From the NCBI GenBank assembly GCA_964035545.1, contig OZ037773.1:835751-899750 (forward strand): a stretch of DNA of 64,000 nt, written 5' to 3'. Below the pieces are notes generated by a model. That model did no database searches and was not told the DNA's origin. It saw only the letters and a program-made list of their open reading frames with translations. Shown one piece after another: positions 62,925 through 64,000 of this stretch (position 1 is its first letter; the number at the start of each line of letters is the position of its first letter). Source of the stretch: Bugula neritina. Its lineage: Eukaryota > Animalia > Bryozoa. The position numbers and the translations under genes are program-made.

Positions 62925-64000
62925 ATGGAATCAGGTCTAACATCAGTTAGTTCTAATTTAATCGTCCTGATTGAATCACAACTACTGGAGACTGAGTCTT
63001 ACGTGAAAGACGACGAGAACATAACAATGGCCGACGATCTACTAGATCTCGAGCTTGACACTATGTCTCTCAATCAGTCTACACGCCACGACACAGTCCT
63101 TCGAGTGCCGTCTAAAAAGATGTATGACTCTCAGACTAGGAACAGTTGGTTGTCATCAGAATTATGCTGTAAAGATCACACTCGATCTAACAATAATTCT
63201 GCTCTTTTAGATACCACTCGCTCTTCTCTCTCTCAGGACATGCCGCCATCAGAGATGGCTTGGGATGAGGAATCTACCCCCGTCCTGCTGCCGGAAGTAC
63301 TCCTAACTCAATCATGCTGGATTACCAAGGATACCGAGGCACTCATTCAGGAGAATAAAGGCAATGACCAATGCACCACCTGCCGTCTGTGTCAGCTTCA
63401 TTTCACCACACCTCGCAGACTCCGAGTCCACATCCCCCAACATTATGTCACCACCTTTTGTCCCTGTGGTGAATACAGTTACCACAGGGACTACATCCTC
63501 TGTCATCAGCGGACCATGGGATGCCATGTTGAACATCTCTACGAAGTCGACAAACCCTCTTTTCCTCATTTCCTCGATCTCATCCGGCCAATTATCTCAG
63601 ACCCGACTCGCTATGAACGGCTGCGCCAAGAGTTCCCCGCACCCCGTATCATTACACAAGGACCTTGCCCCAAGCCCCCGGAGTTCAAGACATCCCGAAC
63701 GCCCCGTCCATCACCCCCGCTCACACAGTTCCCTGTCCCAACTCCATACCCAGAGTCGTGCTACAACGCATAAAAGTGCTCCAACGATGGCGTCACTCCC
63801 CTCCCGTTTCCCCACGACCCTCATGTAAACGACGCTGGCCATCTTCATCCCCCAGTCGCCACTCTGCCCCCGCCCGGAACCTGAAGGAAACAGAAGACCG
63901 AATACATGAATTGGAGAGAGAAGTCCAAAGGTTGGCGCCTAGGATATCTGCCACCGCCTCCGAACTCCGGGCTCTCAGCGACTCTGTGGCCCGACTGAAG
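62925..64000 (+). CDS. Accessory ORF downstream of pol: tandem zinc fingers plus coiled coil (frameshift near 63750; partial)
   Basis: CRLC-x12-H-x3-H and FCPCG-x11-H-x5-C; another frame at 63878-64000 reads NLKETEDRIHELEREVQRLAPRISATASELRALSDSVARLK. Confidence 0.75.

Larger units (their letters stand above)
58352..64000 (+). mobile_element. Degenerate Ty3/Gypsy element, 5'-truncated, running off the window
   Basis: Abrupt GC rise near 58352; PR FLLDSGC; RT WSSPVVLV, RFCVDYRKLN, YLDDV; RNase H DTDAS, RKELLAV; IN IHSDQGAQF, TTPYHPQGNG; domain order PR-RT-RH-IN; many stops and frameshifts; no 5' LTR or gag seen. Confidence 0.95.

Overview
AT-rich, intron-containing animal (invertebrate-type) genomic DNA; the species cannot be determined from the window. 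I reconstructed three spliced genes by hand from GT-AG boundaries with consistent phases. (1) A 33-coding-exon type I membrane protein of about 2,457 aa on + (5813-31241): signal peptide, probable beta-propeller, 10 long four-cysteine Ig-like domains, 5 short Ig-like domains, a mucin block, TM and a short tail. (2) A convergent 3-exon membrane mucin of about 384 aa on - (33002-34805). Its TM/tail exon is paralogous to that of gene 1, and the two share the identical cytoplasmic 13-mer PKIDPNIDFIYNK. (3) PGAM5 on - (36665-41459). The rest is mobile and repetitive DNA: Penelope-like retroelements in (TA)n tracts that carry hammerhead ribozymes, two related Ty3/Gypsy elements that share an extra zinc-finger/coiled-coil ORF after pol, a solo LTR, hAT and other MITEs, tRNA-derived SINEs, and minisatellites, several of which are built from splice signals. 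All coordinates and counts are manual; no database searches were run.
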